Source: Lingula anatina
Lineage: Eukaryota; Animalia; Brachiopoda
Length of the DNA stretch: 64,000 nt
Direction: 5' to 3'
NCBI GenBank assembly: GCA_051362555.1
Contig: CM120646.1
Coordinates: 7,378,001 to 7,442,000, forward strand
Shown: piece after piece, positions 13,258 to 26,637 of the stretch
Layout of the letters: every line of letters begins with the position of its first letter
How positions within the stretch are numbered: position 1 is the stretch's first letter
Made by a program: the position numbers and the translations under genes
The notes under the pieces: generated by a model
What the model saw: the letters and a program-made list of their open reading frames with translations, nothing else
Told to the model about the DNA's origin: nothing
Database searches by the model: none

Positions 13258-14135
13258 TGTAAGTAAAATTACAGCTTTAGTTGTTGTTTTCACTTTTAAA
13301 GACGGTTTAGTTTTTGTGCTTTAACGCTGTGAATATGACTCCACACATTTATCACGGGGCTTCGTTTTGATAGCAGCCATGTTTTAGCGCATGAAGTCTT
13401 TAGGTGACTTCAAAACCAAATATATGCATTTTATATTCTTCGGCTCTACACGCTATGCTGATTGAAGCATATCTCCTGTTAACAATTAATAAACGAGCAT
13501 AAAGGTTGCCTGGAGACACTTGTTGGGTTTGATCGCGAAAGGAACTTTGCATTCATAGCGCCAGTGCGAATACATTCAAAAACTAGGAAAAGCAAAGAGC
13601 GAAAGACATCCGCAAAGGGAACTCATTCAGTGCTTATTAGCATTTATCATTCATCAGTCAGTTAATCATTGAATTTATAAATTCTATAATTATAACCATA
13701 AATTAATTATCAATTAAGTTATTAAGTGTTAACTTTCTATTGGTATTAATTTTAGTGAATTAATTGATTGATTGGCTAATTAATTAACTAGTTAAGTGAT
13801 TAAATACTCAACCGCCTCTTTATTACTTATGTCCGACATTTCCTGAAAATTTCTTCAAAACCCCTTCATAACGTTTTTGCATTGTATGGCTAACAGTAAA
13901 ACAGACCGAATTAATTAATCCATTGATCAATGGATCACCACCAAAATCTTATCACTTTTTATTTAGCCCATTTGTGACCTTTAATCAAAATTTAATCAAA
14001 TCCGTCACCTTTGAGATAGGTTGCAATTGATGATAAACTAAGGTCAAGAATGACAGATAAACAGTCAAACGGAAGCAACAAGTTATAACGCGTTGCATGT
14101 TATTTCCCTAGTTTATTTTTTTAGAATAACAAGCC

Positions 14136-14265
14136 ATGCTGAGCGAGAAGATTCCAGCCCTGTTCGTCGTGTTGTGCATTATGACATTGCACTGGAAAGA
14201 GGTCATTAGTACCACGTGTAAGTCAGTGCTCTGTCTCCTTTATATCATCAAATGGGTTGCTTATC

Positions 14266-14298
<33 letters not shown>

Positions 14299-15920
14299 TT
14301 GAGGAAGTTTACGCCTTTACGCCACTGGCGCTTTATCCACCTTGGAAACGTATATTTCGATCGTTACATTTTAAAGATGAACGAAGGTACAGGTAATAAA
14401 ATTAACCTTGGACCCATACATATGCACGTACGACCGAAACCCCCCAGTCCCACTCTCATCTAAATCCCAACTGACATTATAAATCGAACAGGAATGTAGA
14501 CCTACCTATGCTACCTAAGCAAATGTTGCTTTTTATCTCTGTTTCAAGACTACATGGACGACAGTGAGAACGATTGTAGTACTTCAACAAAGACCGTGTA
14601 CTCCTATTCCCATACCGTGAAAGCGTGGAAGGACAGTCTGCGCAAACCCTCCCTGCCGAGCAGGACGTGCACTTTGTATTTTGATACTCTCTACAGTTCA
14701 ACTTATGTAAAAGTATCCTTCCTGTCCGGTTCTTATTTCAATTGTGGAACAACCTTAACCTTCTATGACGGTTCAACAACATACAGCAATAAGGTGAGAT
14801 TCTTGTACATTTCTACTTTGCCTTGTCTATCATTACGTTAGATATATCAAAGTATGTAAGAGAATTTTTCATTCTTTGTCACCCTCCAACTAAGAGGTAT
14901 GTTTAGAGTAGTTAAATAAGACGCTGTTGGTATTCTGCATGCTTATGTTTTGTTTAGGTAATCTTTTTGGAATATATCCCGTTATGAGATGTAAATGAGG
15001 AATGAACAAAGTTTAAAAAATAGTCAAAACAGCCTAGATTTCAGACTTATCCTATTGTTAACTATTATTGTAGTTGAGGACAATAACCTGTGGAGGCTAT
15101 TCCACGTCGGCCATTTATTCCACGTCCAGATACCTCACTGTGAAGCTGACAACTACGAGTTCGAGTACTGCCTATGACTTTACTTTCTACGTTTCCGAGA
15201 TTGACAGTGGCAGTAGCACAGGTACAGGTCGAAAACAACAAAAACTGGAAATCGATTTCATTATTTGCACGCCATAAAGGTTAAAAAAAAAACCAAAGTT
15301 CAGAGGTGTCGTTGAAAGCAAACAGTACCATAGCCGGCTTTACCTTTTCGGCCAAGTAACAAAATTGATAATTTTGAAAATTTATCAAAATGCGACTGTA
15401 GTGACTGGGGAATAAAACGGTTCTTGGAACATTCTTTAAAATGCAAGAAATTGAAATGATACAGTTTTAATTGCCTAAAGAGATTTTCAAGAAATAGCGT
15501 TTCTGCTATTGTCATTTTGAGTCGCCAACTTATATTAAATAGCTTATATTCAGTGCCGTAAACATTTCATCCAGTGTAAACGAACAGCAGAATGTCGACA
15601 TGGACATGGTATATAATATGCATAAAATCAAGACACTCAATGTAACGAAATCTTTTTATACTTAGGTAATGCTATTTTTTATAACGCGCAAAACGCGATC
15701 CGCATTTCCATGTTTCATGTCAGATTTACGTAAAGTCGCTCAAAGAAAACCCAAAGACACCAGTTCAATGGTTTATTGATGACGCTCTCTAGCTACATGA
15801 TCTACGTGAAGTCTCAACTTCTAAACCATCTCCCATGGCTCGCGTCTGTCTTTGTAGCTCACTCGAGCTATCTCCCTGAATCTCTCTCAATCTGAACTCT
15901 CAGATATTACTTCTGAATGT

Positions 15921-15998
<78 letters not shown>

Positions 15999-17603
15999 TA
16001 TGGTGGATTCTTGGCAGTACTATTTGGCGGTGCACACAAATTGCACACGTCCACTTACGTTATATAAGGTAAGGCCTTAAAACGAGTCGAGTGCACAAGC
16101 AAACGGCTTCATTAAATATCATCATACTTGGCTCTGATACTTTCCTTCTGCTGATCACCAACGTTATATAGATAATAGTTTTTATATCGTGTACAAACTG
16201 TTTCAATGAAGAGCGTTCGAAAGACTTGGAATTAACGTTTTCGTTTAAAGTTAAAGCATCGACGTTTTTGGTACTTTCAGTGACATACGTCAACGTAGGT
16301 GGTATCATTGGCGGACTGGTGGGTACTATAGGTACCGTGATATTCTGCATCTGTATATGTAGATGCATCTGTAAAAGGAAGGAAAGGCAGACGACGACAG
16401 TGGTGTACAGAGAAAGGGAAACGTCAAGTAGGTGCAATTTTTGTCATTTAAATTTGAAATTTTGAATTGACTTGGTACATATCTTTTGATTTATTTTCCA
16501 GTATTGGTTAAGATTGCGTTGTTTCGATGAGATGAATGCTGATAAATTTCAAAAAGCAACTTAATTTCAAAGGCCTTTGGGGGGCTTTTGCATTAGTACT
16601 CCTGTTTTGTAAGAGTTTGTGTTAATTAATATATTTTGTTGCGTGTAGCCTCTCGTCGGGATATTAAGTCTTAAATGCGGTGAAGACTCTTTAATCCCCG
16701 ACAGTTGTGTTGCTTAGACCCCATTTCCATAGATTTTAGATCGATCTATCCCTATGGGGAGTCTCACTAGATTACTGTTAGCTTAGCCGTCTTAAGCGTC
16801 TGTCCCGCCTACTGAAAGCTGTAAGGGGGTAATTAACTATGGTGCGCGCTCGGCTGACTCTAATTTAGCGTGAACCCCCAGGGAGTTAGGTCGTTCTAAA
16901 TCTTAATCTCTGGATCGATCTAAATCTCTGGGAATACACCCTTAGATGCTGCATTACTTCATATGCTTGCATTTTTACAAACCAAAACAATCCAGCAAGA
17001 TATTCAATCAATCAAATAGCCGGACATAAAGATACATTACAATCAGACAAACAGAGAAGCATTTCTTAAAGCAGTTTTAGAGAAGACAATTTTACGTTGG
17101 CACAAATAATCTAATTCACAAATGCAATTGACAAGAAATATGTGCATGGCGTGATTTTTAACAGTAGGTCTATTACTTTAGTTTGATGCAAGTGTATCAG
17201 AGTTAAGGCATAAAGTATTGAATTTCGTTGTGCAATTTGGTTAACATTCATCCCTAATACACTTATTTCGTACAGATGTCCCAGATGAATTAAGCATTCA
17301 AATATCCTTTCCCTTTTTTCAGGTACGCCGAGTGTGAATGTGACCCTGAATACATCCACCCCCATAACTAACATTAATTCCCCACAGATAGCCCCGCAGA
17401 TGATCAATCAAGGGATCGGGTACCCGCCTCAGCCACAGCCAGCGTACCTGCCTCAGCCACCGGTCGCCTACCCGCCACCGCCACAGCCACAGCCAGGCGG
17501 GTACCCCCAGCAGCCTCCTCACAACCCACAAATGGCACCGGCTGCCCCTAGTGCCCCACCCCCTTACCCAGGGGGACATCCGGCACAGTATCCCAAGTAT
17601 TGA
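14136..17603 (+). CDS. Type-I membrane protein B, recent tandem paralog of A (~300 aa)
   Basis: Exons 14136-14217, 14549-14793, 15074-15221, 16281-16427, 17323-17603 (903 nt); same intron phases as A; introns and flanks (~13470-19720 vs ~4420-11330) align by eye. Confidence 0.88.
15641..16064 (-). mobile_element. Possible solo LTR in an intron of gene B
   Basis: Insertion absent from gene A; ends TGTAACG...CGTTATA (near-TGTAAC/GTTACA); on the - strand a TATA-like TATATAAG precedes AATAAA; internal (TA)n(CA)n; no clear TSD. Confidence 0.45.
16717..16941 (+). mobile_element. MITE, PIF/Harbinger (Tourist-like), copy 1
   Basis: TTA TSD on both sides; subterminal inverted repeat TTCC..AGATTTTAGATCGATC / GATCGATCTAAATCTCTGGGAA; empty site present in gene A (~8690). 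Confidence 0.85.
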
Positions 17604-19017
17604 TGTCTGTTTAAAGGCATTCCAAATAAAGATGTCTTATTCAACATTCCGTATAAGGATAATTAATTCAACATCCCGAACTAGCATAGTTTATTTCAAG
17701 TGACATATAAAGAGGACTTAATTTGCAGAATGATTAAGTGAATGCATACATGTACATTGGCATTATTACAATGCTTTTTTTTTCATTATATCTTATGTCA
17801 ACTTCTGAAAAATTCACGTCTGTCCTCCCCCAATATATGATCACAATGTGATAATCTCTAATATTTTCTCAGACTTTTGTACACTGTTCAAAAGTTCAAA
17901 GAAGGTGAGTGCCCTGTAGAATTGCTAGACCAGTCTGCAGATTTGCTGAAAACACTGAATAACGTAAACACAATTTTGTTTGTTTTTTGTTTTGTTTTGT
18001 TTTTAATTATTATTTTTAAAAACGACATGACTTTTTTCTGTTTTAATTTCATTTTTAACTACTTACACAGCTAAAAAAAACAAGGATTTATCCTGAGCTT
18101 CCACCTGTATTTTGGAAATCTTTTAACAGCTACTTACTAATTTAAGGATTGTTTATTTATTTAATTATATATTTAATGTAAATTAGTGCGTCTGAATTTG
18201 TTATTAGATTCAGTTTACAGATTTGCTGAAAATTTCAAATAGAAAAAAATCTAATACAAGATTCAAGAGAAGTCTAATTTAAAAAGAACATCGGACTCAG
18301 TGTGTTTATCAAATAAACTAGCTTGTAGCTTAATTCTTGGATATATATTCTACTTCTTGTGAAATTGCCTTCCCAATTTACTCAGTGAAAGGTGTCGACA
18401 AAAGCTTCAGTGTAATAATAATGATGATGATAATCATTGTTCTTGTGGTTGTTGTTTATTATTATTGTTATTATATGCCTTACACCGCTCCTTAATTTTC
18501 TGAAAAACACCACGTTCTTCTCATTAAGTACAGCGCAACTTCCTCGTTATTCCTTATCTTTCCTATCCATATTCATATATTTCAGTTGTTTTATCATTTC
18601 TTCGTGTCACATCTTGTTGAAAACTTTGGTGTACTTTATAAAATAGAAGAAGACATCTTTTTGACTTCCGAACTTGGTTCTAGTACTGTTTTAAGTAGGT
18701 TATACAAAATGAGATCGGTAGTCCATTTACCGTCTACAAGATAGAATATATGCCCAGTAAAGAAAACCCGTTAATAAACCTTAAACCTTGGTATAAAGTA
18801 AAGAACGATTCTTTAGCAAAAATCATTTTGTAAAACAGGCCCGAGTTCTCTATTTCAGTCTACTACTGAAGATTCACCCTGAGGTGAAGCAGGCTTAAAG
18901 TTGGGTCTGAAAATCCCAAAACCGAAAACGCTATTTTTACACCAAAATGTCGCTCCAGCGTCACCTGTTAGACACTGCCCTTAATCTGTGTATTTAATTG
19001 GTCTTTTGGGGAAGTGC

Positions 19018-19085
<68 letters not shown>

Positions 19086-19972
19086 AACAGGGCGTTGTTT
19101 CTCTTAAAATATTCCTTTTTGCTACTTCTGGCCTTAAGACAAAGTTCGGAAACTCGGTGTGTTAGTGTGCTTAGGTACGAGTAAATTTCAGGTCACGAGC
19201 CCTGTGTGATCAGAGCCAAGTAGTTGTATTGTGAAGACTCCTAGAATTATCTTCTGTCTGCATGGAAAGCCATGGTACATGGAGTCCTACATGTACCAGC
19301 AAAGAGGAACAGAGAATAGTTGGCAGCCGAGGCTCAACTGAGGGAGGGGCACATAAAAAGAAGGGCGAGCGAGTTTTGGGCCGAGTGGTCGTTTTATTTT
19401 ATTTATTTTTTAACCCGATTTTTTGGGTAGAAAACCATCACTTTTTTATGTCTCACATCTTACTAGCACACTTTTACCACCTACAACCCTAGGCTCGCGT
19501 CTTTGTAAGAGACCATGAATTCGATATCCGTTGCCAACACCGGGGTTTTGTATCACGTGTAAGGTTAGGCTATTGCTTATATGATTCGGATTTTGATCCA
19601 CTGCTGTACATAATGTTAATGTGTGTGTTAAGCAGTTGTGGAAGGGGCTTTGCATGTAAACTTTATCTCGAAATAACTGTTAAATTTTATACATCTAGTT
19701 TACATGGAGGTTTGGTAGAAAATCATGGTAAGACTCTTATCAATGTGATGATAAAATATATAATCTCAAGAACAAAGCAAAGATGAACCCGTTTGCAGTA
19801 TTTCAAGAGGGTTAGGGTTATCATTGTAGATAAAAGACGGGATGTAAGTTTGCTTTGGCGTCATTGATATAAAATAAATTGTTTTTCGTGTGCGCATCAG
19901 CTTATGCAAAGAAGACTTAAAGAGGTTTTAGTATGGTTGTCATAATATATTATAACTAGAGGATCAGTGTTA

Positions 19973-20186
19973 GACCCCATTCCCACAGATTTTAGATCGA
20001 TCTATCCCGTGGGGAGTCTCACTAGATTACTGTCAGTTTAGCCGGCTTAAATGTCTGTTCCGCCTACTAAAAGCTGTAAAGGGGTAATTAACTACAGTGC
20101 GGGCTCGGCTGACAGCTATTTAGCGTGAACCCCCAGGGAGTTAAGTCGATCTAGTTGGATCGATCTAAATCTCTGGGAATGCGCTC
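19973..20186 (+). mobile_element. Same Harbinger-like MITE, copy 2
   Basis: Near-identical to 16717-16941; TTA TSD. Confidence 0.85.
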
Positions 20187-21822
20187 TTATTTAGCATCAA
20201 CAAAGTGATACCTAACACAAACATCCAACTGCTCTGGTAGTGCTGGTTAATTTGTGGGTTATGTTGTTTATATGGATGTTAGTGTTAAAAGACCTGCGAG
20301 TAGTGTTAGTAAACGCCTAATCCGTTTATAAGGCCTTCCCTGGTGATAGGTCTATTAATACCCAATAATTTTTCAACTTCCTCACTCAAAGTGTGTAGGG
20401 GGAGATATCAGAAACTACAATGTTAGAAGTTAAAGTAACCCCCCTCCAAGGAAAGCCCCGCCTGATTGTGGGTTTATCGATCCCCTAACCTCTAAAGCTT
20501 TAAGCTCCTCATTTTTAGAAATGGTCTTAGATGGAACAGCAGAAATTACAGTGCTAATATCAGTAGAATCATCCACCCGGTAGGGGGAGCTTATACGATA
20601 GGCCTATCAATCCCCAAAATTTTAGCTCCCTCACTTTAACGGTCAAGGAGGAGATTGTGGAAATTACTAACGCACGGACATAAGAAGAGACGGTCGGACG
20701 GAAGGGCGGGATAACATGATCTCTAGCTTTTGTCACAAATTGGCAGGGATGATAACTAGACTGTCTTTAAAATTTTGTCTTTAAAAGGTGGACAATCATG
20801 GGCAATGGCCATCAGTGAAGACCGCTTTTCTAAATACGGTAGTTATCTGTGCCTCTACATCTTACCGCGTTATTTACGAGCAGTAACGTGAAACGATGAA
20901 CACGGGCAAATGCTACCCGTATGGAATTTTATGTTAGTATAAGAAATGCACGTTGTGTCACGGACGAATATTTGCTACTAGTGCGTTTTGTGGTGAATTT
21001 TCTTTCCAAATCAAAGATGGATGACTCTTGCCCTTCATATAACAAGCGTGCCCGCAAACACACACACACGCGCGCGCTTGCGCGCGCGCGGTGTTCTCTT
21101 TAATCTGAAGAACGATCGTATAATTATTTTATTCTCTTATTACTTGTTTGCTGCTCTCCAGGTCAGTAACACAGTTAAACAACCCAACGCCAATTAATTC
21201 GATCCCTTGATCCCTTGAATTTCAATTAGCTCCTGTGCTAAATTTGTTCCCAAAATATTTCATTCTTTCTGCAAAAATAGATTGTCATCATGCAAGCGAT
21301 AATTTATCTTTTTCATCATAGCCTAACCTAACTTGTTATTTCAGGCAGTTGGTTTCTGGACCGTTGCATGGTTACTCTAGTGTGATACCAAACAGTTATA
21401 TATATATATTGGATGGGAGATTCAGAGGATGAAAGTTGAAAGGGGGTCGAGTAAAGATTTCTTTTTCTTAAAAATAGCGCCATGGATGGATTAGCCTCAC
21501 GTGATAATGTCAAAATGATGATAATGAGGGGTTAATAACTTGATCGAAATACTAGTACAGTGCCATTCGGTACACCGTACGATCTGCTCTAAACCGAATT
21601 GAGAACATATGCACGGTAGTCTGACACGGGTGCATGCTCAAACGTGAAATCTGAATTAATAGCTGTAGGCCTATCGCAGATTTATGCTATAAATAAGTGC
21701 CAATTTCAATAACACATAGGCCTAAATGTTTTGCCAAGATTCTCTATCTCTCCATATATGTTTTACCTTCTACTTTTTAACAGAGTTAATTTTTGTACAG
21801 TAGCCTATTTACCTCCCTTTTC

Positions 21823-22164
21823 CAGGCCCGTAGCCAGTGGGGGGTTCGGGGGGTTCGAAAGAACCGCCACTTTTCAGGGGCGGATTTAGGCCGTCTTCTG
21901 GGTCTTCCGGAAGACGGTCAGATTTTCAAGTTTACATTGACGGGTATCTATTTTTTTCTGTCGGAAGACGGTCAAATATGGAGGTTGGATCAACAAAGAT
22001 AATTTGGAAGACTGTCAGAAAATATCTCTGGATCCGCCCCTGCTTTTGGTGGGAAAAGGTCCACTCTGGGTAAAATTTGATCTAGGTTGAAGTTTTTATG
22101 GAAAAAAGGTCCACTTTTTCAGAAAAAAAGAACCCCCCTTTTGAAATGGCTGGCTACGGGCCTA
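21823..22164. mobile_element. TIR element (CAGGCCCGTAGCCAG ends) with 6-bp duplication CTTTTC, hosting a nested MITE
   Basis: CAGGCCCGTAGCCAG ... CTGGCTACGGGCCTA; CTTTTC on both flanks. Confidence 0.7.
21875..22042 (+). mobile_element. 168-bp MITE with CAGGGGCGGAT TIRs and 5-bp TSD (nested copy)
   Basis: CAGGGGCGGAT...ATCCGCCCCTG flanked by CTTTT; second copy at 61173-61340. Confidence 0.8.
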
Positions 22165-22431
22165 CTTTTCAAAACTTCATTAAGTGGGACTTTTTTATTG
22201 ACATCACAAAACAAAACATACATTTTTCACATTAAACACATGCATGTAGGCCCTATTACAACGTACAGCAGACACAAACTATCATACAGTAGACTCATAT
22301 TGGACGTTAACCGCACTAATAAAGGGGAGTGACAGAAAACATTACAGTACAGTAGTAGGCCTAATAGTAGGCCTATATAGGCCTAATACCTGAATAAAGT
22401 CGCACATAACACGAACTGATTAACATACGTG

Positions 22432-23078
22432 CACCCTGAGCTTCAGAGATAACTTGACACTAATCTCTTCACAATAGCCTATCTTCATCGTGTCAAGTTA
22501 CCTCTGACCACATTCGATTGCCCCCGCCGCCCGCCAATCAAATTTAAAGCCCGCACTCAATGACTCGTTGAACGATCTAGCCAATGAACGTGAACGAGTC
22601 AAAGCGCGCTTTGTTCAAATCCGGACCAATCAGAGATAAGGCTCAATATCAGGGACTTGCCGTAACCTGTGGGCAGCACGCAAAATACATCATCCCTCAG
22701 TAGATAATGATGCAGGGCCTCAAACTGCTCTGGTTTCAATTCTGAAATACTCATATTTTGCAAAGAATCAAGAGATAACTTAACACATTATTTTACGTAG
22801 TCACTTTGTGTACGGTTATGCACTTGGCACTACTCGGATGTCTCCGCACTCGACAATAACTTTATTGTTAGTATGGAGCTTGCGGAATCAGCCGAGGATT
22901 ACCGATTGACGGTCAACCAATCAGCGTTTTCACCAAACTTTGGTGAAAAATTTTGAAACTTGGATTCGATTGGCTTATATAAACTAGGTCAAACTATTTT
23001 CGTCAGAGGTAACTTGACACGATGAAGATAGGCTATTGTGAAGAGGTTAGTGTAAAGTTATCTCTGAAGCTCAGGGTG
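22432..23078. mobile_element. Non-autonomous DNA transposon, ~78-bp TIRs, 8-bp TSD (hAT- or P-like)
   Basis: CACCCTGAGCTTCAGAGATAACTT...CCTCTGAC inverted at ~23001-23078; TSD CATACGTG at 22424-22431 and 23079-23086. Confidence 0.88.
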
Positions 23079-24987
23079 CATACGTGTGACATCTAAACAA
23101 ACAAACCAGCTTATAAGCATATAGGCCTATGAGTCATACCGGATTCTACACATTACAAAACTAACATTTATAATATACCAATATCTTTTTTTGTGGCATT
23201 CAGAGCTACTCATAGCCTACGTCTTCAAACCTTCACCTTGCATATTATGTAATAGAAAAAGGTCAGTGAACTACTGGTATTGTTTCGCATGCGCGCAAGA
23301 AAATAGGTCAAGGACGTGACTGCATGTTGCTGCCTTTAAGTTAATCACTGATGTAGCGGCGATTGTGTTAAGTCTTTCAAATAAGTGTTGATTGAGTGAA
23401 TAGTGAGAGCTGAGGGCGTGGATTGTTAACCACCATATCCTAGGCAGTCATCCCTACAGGTAAGAACGAGAATTGGAGAAATGTCTCTGCATTTCCATGC
23501 ATTCTGATCTACGCAGCTGAAATGCATCTGTAGGTCTACAGTTATTTGAGGTCAGCGTGTGCACGGAGATGTCAGTTAATGCGGAAGGTATTATATAGAT
23601 CGGCGTTCTTTTAATACCTTAACCAGTGTATCCACGAGAAGTGGTGATAATATTAGAGTTGGGGAGAAAGTGCCTCGTAGTAGTATTCAACCTATCATCT
23701 CCATGTTTTAACGGAAGCCGTGGGTTGACGCTCGCTTTGTTTTTTCCATTCATTCACTCGCTGTGACTTCTGTGGGGCTGATTTTTGTTGCTGAGGTAGC
23801 GTCATTGGTAACGACTGCCTGCATTTAAGCGAGGTCGGTGTACGGAGGCCTACGGTTGGTTTAAGGATGCATTCACTGAAATTCACTTCTGCTATCTTTT
23901 AAATAATATTGTTACTATGCTTCAAATAGTGAGATGACACTATACATTGGAATCCCTGAGAAATGTGGGCAGCTTAATATCAGGTGCGATATGGTAGGCG
24001 TGATATAGAATAGGCCCCATACAGGGTTGCAATTATTTTTAAAACGCTGTTAACTTAGGCGTACAGTGCCCCTTATTCACAACCGTCTCTTAGGCAGCGT
24101 CATAAGCCATTTAAACCGGAATTAATGCGAAAATGGGCTGAAGTATTTCGCCGATTATTAATGATTAGTGCACACCACCACAGCAACGGCGACAACAACA
24201 ACAACAACAACAACAATAATAATAACAGTAATAATTAAACTAGACTGGTCACCGAAGTGCTTAATCTTCATTTATCATTCGTCTGTTTGAGGTCGCACTT
24301 GGTATGCAGAATCAATACGTATAATGATATGAAAGTGAAGTTGCAGAGCGTTTCTTTTCATGGAGCCTTGCTCAACAGTGTGGGAAACAGGCGGAAAGCG
24401 TTAAGACAATATCTGTCCCTGTCGCTAATGTAAATCTAGGGGAAGGGGATGAGGTTATTTTTCGATTTTCTTTCTCGCCTCCATCTTTTTTTTCCTATGC
24501 ATGTATGCATGCATGAATGTCCTTTGAATCACGTATGAGTTCCGCCCCCTCTCACACACACAAACACGCCCATCGCGCGGGCGAGAGAGAGAGAGAGAGA
24601 GAGAGGCCGCAATAATAATGCGTCGTCCCTACGTCGTCCCTGCTGGGGTACAGTCATTAAATCTCGGCTCCATTGGGACGACACAAGGGGAGGCGTGTGA
24701 GAGGCGGAGAGACTATTAAAAGATTAGGCTGTTTTCCTTTCATGTACGTCCGCCATATTTAGGTCGTGGCTTTGTAGAGCCATGGCTCAACTCGATGTGA
24801 ATGCGGCCAGAGAGAGAGAGAGAGAGAGAAGGGGGGGGGGGGCAGAGAGAAAGAGTCACCAATTTCAAAGGTGGCTGGAAAATAAAGATTGGGAGAAGGG
24901 AAGAAGGAAGGAAAGAAGATAAATGAGATACAAGATCACGGTTATCATCATCACTAATAGCCTCCCTTTACTATTCACAGGCGTACC

Positions 24988-25822
24988 ATGTCAGAACTGG
25001 TATTGGTAATTCTGCTGGTGATAGGGGCTCTCTGTCCACTGGTACATTGTAGGACCTGTAAGTATAGGGTGTCCTGTGACAGACAGTGATGAACGGTATT
25101 TTAACTTACATTTCCTATTAAACCGCTTCCAGGGTTATAGATTCAAGATTAGTATTTCACTGGCAGATGCAGGATTTTTATTTTTTATTTTATTTTATTT
25201 TATTTTATTTATTTTTTTTGAGGGGGGGGAGGCATATAAACTTATTCGGGGAAATTGTTGAAAATGATTTGATACTGATTACAGACATGTAAATATCTTA
25301 CATATTAAACTAAAAGTACAAGATCTATTGCAAGCTGATATTCCTTTTGCTTAGAATTCGTCAGAGGGTGGAGCAGTATTAAATTGTGTATCACTTTGAC
25401 TACCGCCGCCATTTCGTGCTTCAGTTTTCCGCCTTACATGCTTATGGCACCCTTACCTGCGGTGCCTGCGGTAAGGGTACCGTTAGCATGTAAGGAGGAA
25501 AAGTGAGGCAACTCCATTCCTAAAGTTAGTTCAATATTTGATCCCTTTCTGTAATGCAGATTATGCAGACGATTGCCCGACCCGCGTCCTCACCGTCTAC
25601 GAATTTGCTTCAACGACAATCGAAGCGTGGCGGAGTTCGAGTGACACCATATTTAGGTCGCCGTCGATGTGCACCATAAACTTTAAGGCGGGTGTCGGGA
25701 GCCGTGTTACAGTCAATTTCAGGGAACTTAACATACCTTGTGGAGGTGGGACAAATATCGTGTTTTACGATGGATCTGACACGTCGGCAATCAAAGTAAG
25801 AACCTTTTATATTGCAGGTTTG

Positions 25823-25864
<42 letters not shown>

Positions 25865-26605
25865 CGTATAGAAAACTATAGGGTAGAGAAGGGAATGGGT
25901 TGATGAATTCATTCAATGTCTTGATGTTGTATAACGAGTTACACATAATTGGCCTAGGCGTCTCCCTGGCCCTGTGCAATATTTTTTGACTATATGGTAG
26001 TATCATCCCTGGATAGTAGATTATAAGATGTTCAATTATTTAGTGTTAAATTCTTTGCTTTTTTTTCAAGCAATATAAACACAAGCATTTTGTATATATA
26101 TATATATATATACTAAGATGATGTGGAATGGAAGTACGTAAATACGAAAAAGAGCACTATTATTTATTTGAAATTCGGTTTATTTTCAACAGATTACGAC
26201 TATCGAGTGCTCGTCTCCACTGCCAGACCAATTTCTGAGTTCCGGGCCATATCTTACAGCTGAAATTTTCCCTGGCATTAGCACAAGCTACGATTTTAGA
26301 TTTTCAGTTTATGAAAGACGTGAGTATGATTATTATCATTATTTATTTTTTTTTTTTAATTTTAATTTTAGATTTCACGTGCTAAATAATAACTTACCCT
26401 AATTTTGCATGTAGACGGCAACTAGCTGTGTTTAGTAAAAGGTTTGTGCATTGCGTTTGTGTTGGTCAGAGTCAAACAATAGTGTGAGTAGTACTCGATC
26501 GACCTATCATCTCATGTTTTTAACGGAAAACGTGGGTTGACCCTCGGTTTGTTTTTTTCCATTCATTCGCTCACCCACTCTTTAAAATTCTTTCTCTCTC
26601 TCTCA

Positions 26606-26637
<32 letters not shown>

